Positions 26,682-39,375 of a DNA stretch of 64,000 nt are shown here, piece after piece (within the stretch, counting starts at the first letter, position 1; every line of letters begins with the position of its first letter). The stretch comes from Chrysomallon squamiferum (taxonomy: Eukaryota; Animalia; Mollusca), in contig CM022670.1 of the NCBI GenBank assembly GCA_012295275.1, forward strand, positions 16,368,001 to 16,432,000. Reading direction: 5' to 3'. A program made the position numbers and the translations under genes. The notes under the pieces are model-generated. The model was not told the origin of the DNA and searched no databases. It saw nothing but the letters and a program-made list of their open reading frames with translations.

Positions 26682-29600
26682 AACTAAAGCAGGAAGTTTT
26701 TCTACGTTGATAGCTGTGTATTTGTGAAGTTTTTTCATGTTGTTACAAAACATTTGCTGTACACCGCAATTTAGTTGTCATCTTTTAGAAAGGTTAAAAT
26801 AACTTCATTCTTTTTATTGTTATTATATTTTTCAGATGTACGAAGAAACGGAGAAATGAAATCAAGTTCGCTAGGGGCAAACACTCCTCCCCCAGAAAGA
26901 AAAAGCAAACTGTCAGCTTTAGGGAAAATATTTAAACCATGGAAGTGGAAGAGGAAGAAAAAAAGTGAAAAAATAGAAAAAACTGTTGTTGGTGAGTTTA
27001 CAGTTATACAATAATGTCTAATAGCTGGCTTTTTATTTATAAACTGATTGTTCCATGTTGAAGAAAACTAAAAATTAAATTTTCTTGAAGCAGAGTGAAA
27101 AATTGTTTCTTTAATAATTACCAGTCATATAGATCTGACTACAAGAAGGCTACAAATTGATTAGAAATATTTCTGAAAGTTACCAGTATGATATGTAACA
27201 TTTAAATTCTTTAAACATGATGTCAGTTAACTAGTACTCTGGCTACTAAATAAAAATGTATGGTGAATGCTCATCTCAACAGCAAACACAAATACGTCCT
27301 GTTTACACACTATACATGATGTTTCCAGGTTCTGTGGATGTACCAGTGAAACATTTTTACAGACATGTTCTTCTTCATTTTTTTAAAAAAGTATAAATGT
27401 TTGGTCTCTGCGATACAGAAAACCAAAATTATTAAATTTCAGAAGTAAAGATATCAAATTTCCCGGTTTCATTGCATTTACTATCTTTATGATTTATATA
27501 TGCTAATTTCACAATTCTGTTAACTTTCTGTCCTTTTGGTGATGTCCAAAAAAGGCAAATGATTTTTTCCATATCCTATGTAGACTTTTTGAGCAGGATG
27601 TTATACTTAGCCAATTTATGATTGAAATGAAATGATTTTGTTTGCTTATTTTTATTTTTATTATATTTAGAAATAGAACGGAAAATCTCAATGCGTACAA
27701 GTAGAGAGGAATTAATACGCAAAGGAGTGATAAAAGAACAGGAAGACACTCAGCAGAATCATCTACCAAAGATAGGTGAGTACAGATGAGAAATAAAGTG
27801 AAAACAAGTTAATTGATTCATAAAAGTTTTACCACTGTTTGAGGTCTCAGTATTTGTGACAGTGTGGTTTTTCATTCAAAAAGATATCTGGATAGTACTT
27901 GATTATGAATCAGGAGTCATTTTGACTTAATTAAAATCTGTAACAAAAAAAGACAACAAAAAAAAAAAAAAAAATAAAAAAAATCAACAACATTTGAAAT
28001 ACAGAAATATTATATTTGAAAACATTTTTGTTGGATATAATTAGTATGGGGTAGATATCTGTAATGGGAAAAAAGAAAGAAAAGAATAAGAAACAATTTC
28101 TTTAGTTTTGATTTCACTAACAGAAAATACTTTAAATGTAAACTGAAAGTGTTGTTTATAAATGTGATATTATTTGTAAAGGTACATAAGAAACAGATAA
28201 AATAGTGATATTATTTATGTGACTGGCATAAATGAACAGTTGCTCATTTTACCATGCATTTTTTAAACATATGATTTAATGTTTTTTCTGTTTAATTAAT
28301 TATTCAAATCACTAATGTACAATAAAACAAATTTATAACAAATAAGAACTTAATTATAAACATAAGAGTTAGTTGTGTGTGTTGGCATTTAGTTGAGCTT
28401 ATTCTGATTCCACGAGCTTCAATTTTGTTTTTCTTTCAAGTAAAATAAGCTTGTAAATGATAACTATAAACAGACTGGATTTTATAAATAATTTGTAAAT
28501 TTATCTTCTGCATTATCGTTTAGAGATACACATAGCAGATACATTGTAATGGTAATGATTGTAAATAAATAAATAAATTAATTAATTTAAACAAAGACAA
28601 AACAACTACAACAGAACAAATATGTTAACTAGCATTTTTTATTAATTCTTACCATAAGCATGTTGCATATTACTGTCCATGCCTATTTCAAAGATAGACT
28701 AATATTATCTAATTTAACAAAAACTAAGACCAGAGAAGTATTAACACTTACTGTTGATCATAAAACAATGGCTGTGCACTTGGTATATTACCTTCCATTA
28801 TGTAATTATTTTAAAACCAGGAATCTTATCAGTTTCTTTGATATTTTATTCATGTGACAGATTTTAACTGTTATCATGCTTTTGGAGGTTGTATTTAAAT
28901 ACTAATTTTATTGAAAATAATTAGAATTAGAAGACTTTATTGTCAAAAGGAATTTTATTTCACTTGATTGATAAGTTTATATGATATATTACCATATATT
29001 TTTACCTCAGTAAGTGAGCATTCCATTTTTTACACTTTTTTTTAAACATCAGTTATACATGATTTTTACATATAAGTTAATTCTAAGATACAAGCAGGGA
29101 TAAATAAACACACTTTTTTGACAGTTCTAGACTGAAATTATTTTCTAAATTTGTTTTATTTCTTTAATTGAAATAATTTTTATGTTACATAATTAAAACC
29201 ATTTCAACTTTTTTCATTAGTGTGTGTGTGTGTCAGAAAACTTTGTCATTAGCATGTGTATCAGTTAGTGTTTTCTCTGATCAGTAGCAGCCAGAAATAA
29301 ATGGTGTGTTATTTATTAGGTAACCTTTTAAATTGAGACGTAAGCTGTCGGTGCTGGATAAAACTAATATAAACAAGTTCTGTGAAAAGTAAACATGGAA
29401 ATAAACTTGTGGGTGAGATGCTACCACTGGCTCTACTAGTAAATGAGATTATATGGTCATTGTTGAACTTATCGAATGAACATTATGAAATTCTGTGTCA
29501 GTCTTGTGGAAAGTTCTCATTACATTCAATGTCAAGTTAACAAAGAGTTTTGTAATTACTTCATACAAGTTCAGTTGCAATGAGCTTACTCATGGTTGCT

Positions 29601-32600
29601 GAGTATGAAACCCCAATGTCTACAAGAAACACGGCAAATAATTGTATCCAAAAAGTAACAGATTTCTTTTCCCCCAGCAGTTTTTGTTTTAAATATGCCA
29701 CAATGGTAAACACCCACACCATATATGGACACATCAAAAAGGCACTAAAAGGTGTTAGAACATTCCATGAATATTCAAAAGATCAGCCAGCATAGTGGCC
29801 CTGGCAGCAATTTGTCAACTAATGTTTGCTGTCAGAACAGAATGTGTAATGTTGAATTATGTTGTGCTTCTGTGTGTCATACATTAAACTAAGAAACCTC
29901 CACCACATTTAGTAGGAACACATGCATCAAAATGAAAAGAGAGATTATATTTTTATTTAAAATGTGCAGTCTAAAAAGAACTCTGCAAATTTTTTTTATT
30001 ATTATTATTATTTTTTTTTTTGTAGTTATAAACTCTTTGATGCATCTTTTTTCATTATATTAGTGCATTTAAAATTTCCACCTACAAAGTGGTTGTCCCA
30101 ATTTAACAACAAAAATCTGAATGTAGTATTCTGGACTGATGAATGTCTGTCACAATACATAGAGATTCTTCTATAATTAAAACAGACACTACAATACAGG
30201 TTAATGTTCTGGAACACAGATACAAAGTGCACTAAAGGTGTGATAAGTTTTTAACAAAATGTGTTGACATTATTTTTTTCTGCCTTTCAACTTGTGTATA
30301 TTTTGACCTGTGGAAACAAAATATTTCAGAAATTTCTTAATGGATTTTCTTACAGTTTCACACTACAGTAGATTCAGACAAAAGAGAATATAGTTTAGTA
30401 AATAACTTTTAAAGATATTCAATATTTTTAGTTTTTCAGTAAGATCATATTTATTTATTACTGGAAAAGAAAAATTATGGTTTTGTTGCCTCCATCATCT
30501 CTCCCAAAACCTAATGCAGTTATCAATAATCTTTTGTGTATCTACAGACAACAGCATCTGCTCACATGCACAAATTCCAGGTTACCACTGTTTACCATTT
30601 GCTTCCATAGCAACAAACATTGTTTTGACTTTCTGAAGTCACCAGTACCAAAATACATGCAGTGAACGATAATGTTATTTTCAAATAAGGTTGTTAATGT
30701 TTAATCACTGTATTATATTTAATATTATATAGCTTTAATATGAAGAAATAGTATAGATTACATCTTCAATCATTTATTATTATTATATTTAATTTTAAAA
30801 GAATATAATAAAATAAACATAGTGACAAGTTACAATTACAGATGTCTCAATAGGAAAAAAAAATAAAAAAAAAAAAATAAAAATAAAATTTCAAATTTTG
30901 TTTTTTTATTCATAAATATTCAGTAGTAAAGATAATGAATCAACAAGTTTGCTTTATATTTATTTATTTATTTATTTATTTATTTATTAATTTATTATTA
31001 TTATTATTAAGAAACAAATTTAGTATAGTTTCCAAATTTATAATCAAATAAAATATTTAAATTTGTAATTTACTGTAAGACTGAAATATTATTCTGATCA
31101 AATTGTATTAATTAAACTCTTGACAAGTTAAAATAATTGTAGACTATTTAATGAAATAATAACAAAGTTCTTCTTCAAAAAATTTTCAGGTTGAAACTCT
31201 TCAAAATCAGTTGAAACTCTTAGTAGTAACTGATTATTGATTTAAAATGTTAATATTTTATTTAAAAGTGTAATATACAAAAATTAAAAAACTCATAATA
31301 TATGATAGGCTCTTGCTTATAAACCTATACCTAATTTATTATTTTATATTTTAAATTTAAATTTTGTTTTTTTTTTTTTTTTTATTTTTTTTAATACAGA
31401 TAGATATATAGAAATCTATTTATTTATTTAAAAAAAAAAAAAAATAAAATAAAATTAAAAACTCAAGCTAATAAATCACATCACATTTTCTCAATCCACG
31501 GAGAAATATGTTTCTTCAGAATCAGTACTATTGCACAGTTTTATTAAACACATTAAGTGCTTACAGTCTGCAGTCAGTTTTTGACTTGTAAATTACATTC
31601 TCAATTAAAGTCATTAATTAAAAATGAATGGTCTGCTGATGTTGACCTTGCATTTGTTTTGTTCAGTCCTTGTTCACATATCCACAGCATTAAACGCAAC
31701 TTCTTGCCTTACCTCATCATCTACACAGACACAATCTAAACCTGATGTTGGCTTTGTGCCATGCTATCCACATTCTTATTTGGTATGGAGTCTGTGTGTT
31801 ACCATCCCACATTACCTGGCATTTGATGATAAACACTGGCAGTACTGTTTTAGTGTAGCACATTTTGCTAGTTTCCATTCTTCTCCATGATAAATAGTTG
31901 TGTTAAAAAATGTCATCTGGCAGGTAAGGCCGACAGTGATAGTTTTATGTTTTAACTACATTCCTTAAATAACAGTTTTCCTCTACTGTTTTGTGCTTTA
32001 TCTGTTAATTAATACATACAGTGGAAACTGTGTGAACTGGCATTTATAGGTCTGTCTGTTGGTAAACAATGATGTTAGTGATTGTAATTATACTGTTATT
32101 CTATTCTTTCTGTTCTGTTATTATTGATTGCTGATTTTAATTTTTATTTTAATTAAATTTTTTGTGATTATAACAGAAACACATTACATCATTTGATAAT
32201 AAATAAAGTTTGGGGGTAGGGCCATCCTTATGAATTATTAAGCAGACTCATTTTTATCAGAACAAGTCACTGATAAAAACAGATATTTTCATGCTATTGT
32301 ATTTACTTTACTTTGTTGTTGTTGTTTTTTTTCTGCTTTAAAAGTGTGATGTCAACCCTCTAAAATTGTTAACATATTTTGTTAGATTCAGGTTTTCATT
32401 GTATTGTATTTGTTTTCATTTTTATTTGAATTGTTTCTTGTCATTAGGCACATTTCACATGATTTATTAAATGGATAATTCTGTCTTATAACTTTAATTA
32501 ATAATAAACATAATGATTTTAAATTTGTGTGTGTCACTGATGAACAGAATCAGAAAACAACAAATACATAATTCTGTGCTTGGCAGGTTTAAGCACAATA

Positions 32601-32983
32601 AAAAGTTTTAATCAGTGTATTTAATATATATATATATATATTACTTTATTTTGAAATACAATTTTCCAGAATCCTTACTTCCAAAGCCTTTACAAATTAT
32701 TACTTTTTTCTGGACCAAAAGAGATAACATAATGATAATAATGATTCAACAGTATTCCTCTGAGCAACTAAGTGTGTATTCCCAAATTTCTGAACCAGTA
32801 TGCACTGCTTGAAACTTAAATTAAAAAAATATTAAATGAAAATTAATGAATTTCACCAAATGTCTGGTTTTCATTTTATTTGGTAAAAAAAAAAGTTCCA
32901 AACCCATTAGTGTCTGGAAAATTAATTATGTTCAAGTACTTGTGTGTTTGTAATATTAATTTATTCAATGTTTAAACCAGTCT

Positions 32984-33057
<74 letters not shown>

Positions 33058-36000
33058 GCTCTTTAATGTTTTTTAATAAACATAATAATAATAAAAAAAA
33101 TAATAATAATTTGTTGTTTTTTTCATGTTAATTTTGTTGTAAGTGATTACTGTGCTGAAGTAAAAATTACAACCAGTCATTTTAATTAAACAAAACATGA
33201 GGGTTTAAACATAACATAAAGCATATGAAATATGAACTAAATAATATACAAATCTGAAAAGATTTTAAGCTACATTAAAAAGCAATTATTTTAGAATCTG
33301 TGCCAGAATCGACAGAAGACAAGCCAGATGGAACAGAAGAAAGAAATGAATCTAACACTACAGACATAGAGACACACCCAGAACCAGACCCCGCCAGCGT
33401 TGATACCTCAGTGCCCGTGTCTACAGAAACAACATCGTCCGAAGTGTTGACATCGTTCTCATCGTTTCACACACCAACAATGACAACAATTGCAGACATC
33501 TCACCTGACCCGACTAGTAGCATTATTAATTCCATTTCTACAGGTACAGTGTAATTCTGACATTTAGTAATAAACACTAGAACACAGCAGCATTTTAACA
33601 ACTTTTTATTTCATTTCATTTAGAAGTTTTAAGAGAAAAAGTAAACTATATTTTACGAAATCTGTTTTATGCATTACAACAATTTTATATTTTAAAAATA
33701 ATGTGTTATTTCCATTAAAAAGCATTAGTAAAAGAAATCTGTGAATCAAGATATTATCTTCCCTAAATACTTTGTATAAAATGTTTTTAACAAAATTAAA
33801 TTCAGCTGTACTTTAGTTTATAACATTTTGTTACTTTATTATTATTATTTTTTTCAATATACCCAAAATGCTTTTCAAATTATTTTAAATAAGTTTATAA
33901 ATAGAAATAATAACAGAAAATCCTGAAAAGAATGAAATGTTCTTGACCAGTTACTTATTATATTATTATACTTAACAAAATTTTAAAACTAAGAAGGAAG
34001 TAATAATTAAATTTTAAGACTTTTTTTATAAACAGTTTTGGTGAAGATAATACCTCAGTTCAGTTCACAAATTTCATCTACTAATACTTGTTCACGGAAA
34101 TTACAATTGACTTTTAGTTGGATCTTTTAGATTCTCTATGAACAGAACAGTCTTTTTTAATTTATTTACTTTTATTTATATCTTTTAGTTTCTTATAAAA
34201 AGAAAAAAAAAAAGTCTTTTAAAATTTCCTTTTCATGTCGTTCTTTCTTTATTCAACCATTTTACAGCCACCTCTGCACAAACCAGACCAGTAGTAGTTC
34301 CTCCTGTTGTACCTCCCCCAGTACCTCCCCCAGAGCCACCACCTCCACCGGTAGAGGTTCCTCTGCAGACCCTAACTTTGTCTTCACCTCCAGCCTCGAC
34401 AACAACAGACACAGCCGAAGTGAAGAGAGGAGCTGTTTACTTTAGTGATAGTGCTACAGATATTCTTCCCTCTAATAATGGTAATGCACAGTGTTGTTTT
34501 TAATTACTAAACATTATTTTTAATTTTTTAAATTTTTTTTTTTCTAAAATCCTTTTTGAAAGAATCGACAAGATGTGCAAGAGATTATAGAAAATAATCA
34601 GTAACAAGTTATTTAATTTATTTAATAATATATATATTATTATTTTTAATTTATTTTATTTTTTTTTTTTTTTAATTATCAAAATTGTTTTTAAAACTTC
34701 ACATTTATCCAAAAAAAAAAAAATATATATGTTAATAAAAAAAAAAAGTAAATCAAAATAATAATAATGAATAAATAAACAAAAATAAATAAATAAATGA
34801 AAATAAATAAAAAATTAATAGCGAATTAAAATTTATGATGAATTTTTTTTTTTTTTTTTTTTTTTAAAGATAATGATGAAGAAGAACCTTCTGTTAAAAA
34901 CATGTTTGAGGCAATCCCGGCGTCAGAACCTGATCTCAAAAAGCTTCCAAAAAAGAGTGCACTGAGAATAAAGAATGGAGACAGCTCTGCCCCAGCAAGT
35001 CCTGCTCTCATCTCTGACCAGCCAACATCTAGTCTCAGACGTCCAGTGCAGACTGTCACACCGGGAGCTGCTGTTGTCCAGACAACACCAAAAAATTCTC
35101 CACAACTCACTCCAAATGGAAAGTTGATAATTCGACCACGGGTCATTATAAGGTAAATATAATTCTTGTTTGTTATCAGAAATGTATGAGAAGGTGATGT
35201 TGTTTGATACTGAAGGCAAATATTGTTTTGATTGTAGGCAGCAGTGTAAGAAATGTTTTGTTGTAGGCAGAAATGTAAAAATGTTTTGTTGTGTAGGCAG
35301 CAATGTAAGAAATGTTTTGTTGTAGGCAGCAGTGTAAGAAATGTTTTGTTGTAGGCAGCAGTGTAAGAAATGTTTTGTTGTAGGCAGCAGTGTAAGAAAT
35401 GTTTTTTTGTTGTAGGCAGAAATGTAAGAAATGTTTTGTTGTAGGCAGCAGTGTAAGAAATGTTTTGTTGTAGGCAGCAGTGTAAGAAATGTTTTGTTGT
35501 AGGCAGCAGTGTAAGAAATGTTTTGTTGTAGGCAGCAGTGTAAGAAATGTTTTTTTGTTGTAGGCAGAAATGTAAGAAATGTTTTGTTGTAGGCAGAATG
35601 TAAGAAATGTTTTGTTGTAGGCAGCAGTGTAAAAAATGTTTTTTTTGTAGGCAGAAAGTGTAAGAAGTGTTGTAGGCAGCAAGAAATGTTTTGTTGTTGT
35701 AGGCAGAAATGTAAGAAATGTTTTTTGTAGGCAGCAGTGTAAGAAATGTTTTGTTTTGTTGTAGGCAGCAAGTTTTGTAAGAAATGTTTTGTTGTTGTAG
35801 GCAGCAATGTAAGAAAAGGCAGAATGTAAGAAATGTTTTGTTGTAGGCAGCAGTGTAAGAAATGTTTTGTTGTAGGCAGCAATGTAAGAAATGTGTTGTT
35901 GTTGTAGGCAGAAATGTTTTGTTGTAGGCAGAATGTAAGAAATGTTTTGTTGTAGGCAGCAGTGTAAGAAATGTTTTGTTGTAGGCAGCAGTGTAAGAAA

Positions 36001-39000
36001 TGTTTTGTTGTAGGCAGCAGTGTAAGAAATGTTTTGTTGTAGGCAGCAGTGTAAGAAATGTTTTGTTGTAGGGCAGCAGTGTAAGAAATGTTTTGTTGTT
36101 GTAGGCAGCAGTTTAAGAAATGTTCTGTTGTAGGCAGCAATGTAAGAAATGTTTTGTTGTTGTAGGCAGCAGTTTGAGCAGGACAAAGAAAACATTTCAG
36201 AGGAAGAGAAAGCTGCTGGTGACTCTCAGAGTTATGTCACAGGTGATTCAGACTCTTCTGATGACGATGAAATCAAGTACAAAGATGATGACGATGACGT
36301 CAATTTAAGTAAGTGATTTCAAATATATTGTGACATTCTGTATCATTTTGACATTATCATTTTTATATAATCCATGCTAAATGCAGAATTTTTATCCAAC
36401 TTACTTGTTGGTGTCTATTAAATGAAATATATTCACAAACCAGAATTTTATGTAGTTGTTTGTAAAACACAATATTGTTGTTTTTGTCATATTGCAGCCA
36501 GTCAGTCATTCAGCTTCATACAGTATGCTTAGTTTTACCTGATGCTTCCTCTGTTTTGTGTTATCACTTGTAAATGTCCAGAGCTTTCATTAGTTGTTTT
36601 ATCAAATAAGACTAAACTGTATTAAAATAACTAGGATATGAGTATAAAAGTAAACAGTTTATAATGATTTCATGCAACACAAGCCAGAAATAAAGTAAAT
36701 AAAGAATGTAATCATTTTTTATTTTGGTATCCTGTTGTGAATATCTACCACAGTAGAACATGTTCAGCTTGATTACATCCTCCAGACTGACATTTGTTAC
36801 AGTTGGCTATTACTATTTCACACCTGTCACCAGTGAATAAAAATTACTTGTAAATTCAAGTGTTTCACTGGCCACTCTGAGCCCTGATGATATCTGTTAA
36901 AGTTATTGTTCTTCAAAATTAGTATTGCTTGTTCAAATAGTGTATACTGATCATTGGCTTACTGATTAACTAATTTACTTATTTTTCTAAGTAGATTGAA
37001 AGCAAAATTTACCATTCTGAACCTTTATGACATATATTCAAATTATTGTTTTTTGAAATTAGTGATGTTTTATTGTACAGATATGTATATCATTAGTTTT
37101 CTGATTTTCTTACATTTCTGGGTAGTTTATCAGCAAAGGTTGCTGTACTGAGTTCTTATAATATATATTCAAATTATTAATACCATTTATTAAAGGTATA
37201 ATATGTACAGCTTACTGATTAACTGATTTAATTATTTTTCTAGGCAGTTTAGCAGCAAAGGTTGCCAGACAAGATAGTCTTGCAAGGTTCCTTAGCAATC
37301 GGCCGAGCCGAAATGAACTGGTGGAAAAAAATATCATTCCAGACAAATCTGATGTTCAGAAACACACAGACAGGGCTGCCATTGGATCCAAGCTAACACG
37401 GTAACTTTGTAACAAAATTATCAGTTTGGAAATAGTCAGTGTGGTTGTCAAGAAAAATATATTTTCTTTCAGTGAAAATGTCATTAACGTCTCTGAATAT
37501 TTCTTGTGTCTTCCAATGTGTACAGATGCAAATATGGTGTTAAACTCAGCTTGTTTATAAAAAACATCACACTCTAAACAACCATCTGAAAATACTGTTT
37601 GTTTTGTTTTACAGCCGATTAAGTTTGCGACCAACTTTAGAAGATCTTGAACAAAGAAATATTATTCATCGTAAGTAAAACAGTTAATATTTAATAGTAG
37701 GTTACTGGAAATAACACTGTGCTGTTAAACAAAAATAATAATAATAAAAAAAAAAAAAATACATATCTTCAAAAGAACAAGCTGAAATTTGGTGAATTTA
37801 CTGTTCTGTTGAACTTATTTGTCTTGTAATTCATCAGAAATATTTTAATTTATTTTCTGTATTAGTCTAGTTTTGGACCTGATTTTGATTTTAATATATT
37901 TTCTTAAAACAAAATTTTGCAGATCAAACTGATTATGAAAAAGAAATGGAAAAAGAAGAAAAGAAAAGATTTTTAATAAGAAAGGTAATATTAAAATTCC
38001 TACATTAATATTTATCATAGCTTTGTGTTTCTCATTTGTATTTTTTAATAATATTTCTTATGATTTTTAGTTACAGTATGCATACATACATATATATGTA
38101 TACACCCACACACACCCAAACATACATACCATTAACACCCACACACCCAAACATACATACTGTTAACACACACACACATACACAAATAAAACACGACATA
38201 AATAAATCTGCAAATTATGAACTTCTATGTAAAATGGCTAATTAACTTCTCATCTTCCAGTTGAGTTTCCGTCCAAGCATTGAAGAACTGCGAGAGCGGA
38301 AAATTATCAAATTCAATGATTATGTTGAGTTGACTGAAGCTGAAGTGTATGACAGACGTGCAGACAAACCTTGGACCAGACTCACACCAAAGGACAAAGT
38401 TGGTGTTCATGATATATCTTTTTTTTTATGTTCTTGTAAAGAAAATATCCTACCATGTTAAAATACTTACAAAATAACTTGTTTTTTTTTTTCTCCCCTG
38501 AATGACTGCCTTGAATATGTAGAAATAATTTCAATGTTTAGGAAGAATTAGCACTAGCCTAAATAATAACTAAGTAAAAATTTTAATTCTTTGTCAAATA
38601 ACTGAGAGTCCAAAATGTGGCCAGATCAATGGAATAAAATAATTGACTAAATATTTCTCCTGTACCTCTAATATATCCATTAGATTTTTTTTTTTTAAAC
38701 TTCTTATGCTGAATTCAATTCTTTGGCATAGAAAATAGGTTATATGATAAATGTATATAACTAGGAAGTACTAAGTGCAAGAGTTTGTTTGCTTGATGCA
38801 TGTTTGTGTGCCAGACTTTAAAACCTGTAGCAAAGATAGAATTGATTTTTATTTTTATATTTGTACAAATTACTCTGACACAGACACCTCTACTTTACAC
38901 TAGTTATATTCATCTGTAGAAAAATGACGAGATTTGAAAATTTTATAATTTCTGACTGACTTTTTTTAATCATTTCTGATTGGTATGGCCTATCCTGTCT

Positions 39001-39375
39001 GATCCAACTGTTTTGTCATTTATTTTAGGCGGCCATAAGGAAAGAACTAAATGAATTCAAAAGTAAAGAAATGGAAGTACATGAAGAAAGCAAACATTTA
39101 ACAAGGTGAAATAACAGTTTTGCATCTTTGCATACTGAATTTATTTAATTGCTTTTGTTGATGTCATTACTGAATGTTATAAATATATGAAAACTATTGA
39201 TAGAAAAATTTACTGGGTTTTCTGTATGTGTTGAAAAAAGGATAAATCTTTAATAAAAAAAATAAACATTACAATTTACTTTTTAATCCATTAATGTAAT
39301 TTTTTTGTTTCTCTTAATGATTTTGGAATACATTTTAGTTCTTATATTAAATGTTTCAGGTTTCATCGACCTTGA
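11717..39375 (+). CDS. PHACTR: Phosphatase and actin regulator (PHACTR family; RPEL motifs plus C-terminal PP1-binding domain), ~600 aa
   Basis: Exons: 11717-11864, 26836-26991, 27671-27775, 33295-33543, 34268-34480, 34870-35152, 36166-36308, 37244-37400, 37615-37670, 37923-37984, 38261-38398, 39029-39105, 39360-39375. All GT-AG and in phase (1803 nt). Motifs: RSNSDP; [18 protein letters not shown]; N-terminal RPEL ([19 protein letters not shown]); Pro-rich linker; three C-terminal RPELs ([39 protein letters not shown]); [34 protein letters not shown]. The first-exon choice is less certain than the rest. Confidence 0.94.
13490..14150 (-). mobile_element. Decayed L2/CR1-clade LINE fragment (RT C-terminal region)
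   Basis: Minus-strand translation gives [10 protein letters not shown] (YADD at 14119-14108), [12 protein letters not shown] and [23 protein letters not shown], typical of L2/CR1 ORF2. Interrupted by stops and frameshifts; lies in PHACTR intron 1. Confidence 0.85.
15314..15352 (+). CDS. PHACTR: Candidate 39-nt symmetric (phase 1-1) cassette exon of PHACTR
   Basis: Acceptor ttttgttttaag, donor GTGAGT. Open in the phase required between exons 11717-11864 and 26836-26991, encoding (V)[12 protein letters not shown](H). Confidence 0.5.
17205..17330. mobile_element. Possible end fragment of a Tc1/mariner-type MITE
   Basis: Internal repeat tccagattag x2 and a terminus ..gtccactgt (CAGTGG-type end on the minus strand). 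The partner TIR was not located. Confidence 0.3.
18735..18768 (+). CDS. PHACTR: Candidate alternative first coding exon of PHACTR ([11 protein letters not shown])
   Basis: ATG at 18735, 11 codons plus 1 nt, donor AG|GTACGG in phase 1 matching the exon at 26836. Preceded by a GC-richer ~350-bp segment with a CRE-like GTCACGTCA. Confidence 0.55.
24610..24656. repeat. (TG)n microsatellite
   Basis: Direct reading. Other dinucleotide tracts: (CA)n at ~3423-3448 and ~17372-17408; (TA)n at ~23642-23718 and ~60053-60091. Confidence 0.95.
24999..25077. repeat. Near-perfect 79-bp palindrome
   Basis: Left arm TAATTTTTTTTTAATAAAACCTGGAAATCATTATTATTT versus reverse complement of the right arm TAATTTTTTTTTAATATAACCTGGAAATTATTATTATTT: 39-bp arms, 2 mismatches, 1-nt spacer. 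Confidence 0.9.
31887..31923 (+). CDS. PHACTR: Candidate internal alternative first exon of PHACTR ([12 protein letters not shown])
   Basis: ATG preceded by an in-frame TAG (31869-31871), 12 codons plus 1 nt, strong donor CAG|GTAAGG in phase 1 matching the exon at 33295. Confidence 0.5.
32986..33053. repeat. (TC)n microsatellite
   Basis: Direct reading. Confidence 0.95.
35231..36173 (+). repeat. 29-bp minisatellite (~32 units) built from the PHACTR exon 7 acceptor
   Basis: Consensus GTAAGAAATGTTTTGTTGTAGGCAGCAGT. The last unit supplies the real acceptor TGTAG|GCAGCAGTTTGAG at 36165/36166. Confidence 0.97.
36950..37266 (+). repeat. Degenerate triplication (~110-140 bp period) of the PHACTR exon 8 acceptor region
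   Basis: gcttactgattaact..tatttttcta occurs at ~36957 and ~37210; tagtttatcagcaaaggttgc (~37123) matches cagtttagcagcaaaggttgc (~37245); atatattcaaattatt occurs at ~37032 and ~37163. Confidence 0.8.

Noticed and set aside
29580-29795. 71-aa ATG ORF in a GC-richer patch of a PHACTR intron
   Set aside because: No strong phase-1 donor to join the next exon and no recognisable motif. It may be regulatory DNA but is not supportable as CDS.
34036-34130. Possible extra PHACTR exon after aaacag
   Set aside because: Reaches a stop with no convincing donor, and the flanking exons already join in phase.
35231-36173. CRISPR-like appearance of ~29-bp repeats
   Set aside because: Units are head-to-tail with no unique spacers, there are no cas genes, and the context is a eukaryotic intron.
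34923-36195. 405-aa and 339-aa minus-strand ORFs with repeating [27 protein letters not shown]
   Set aside because: By-products of the 29-bp minisatellite, whose minus strand lacks stops. They cycle through all three frames and lie antisense within a PHACTR intron.
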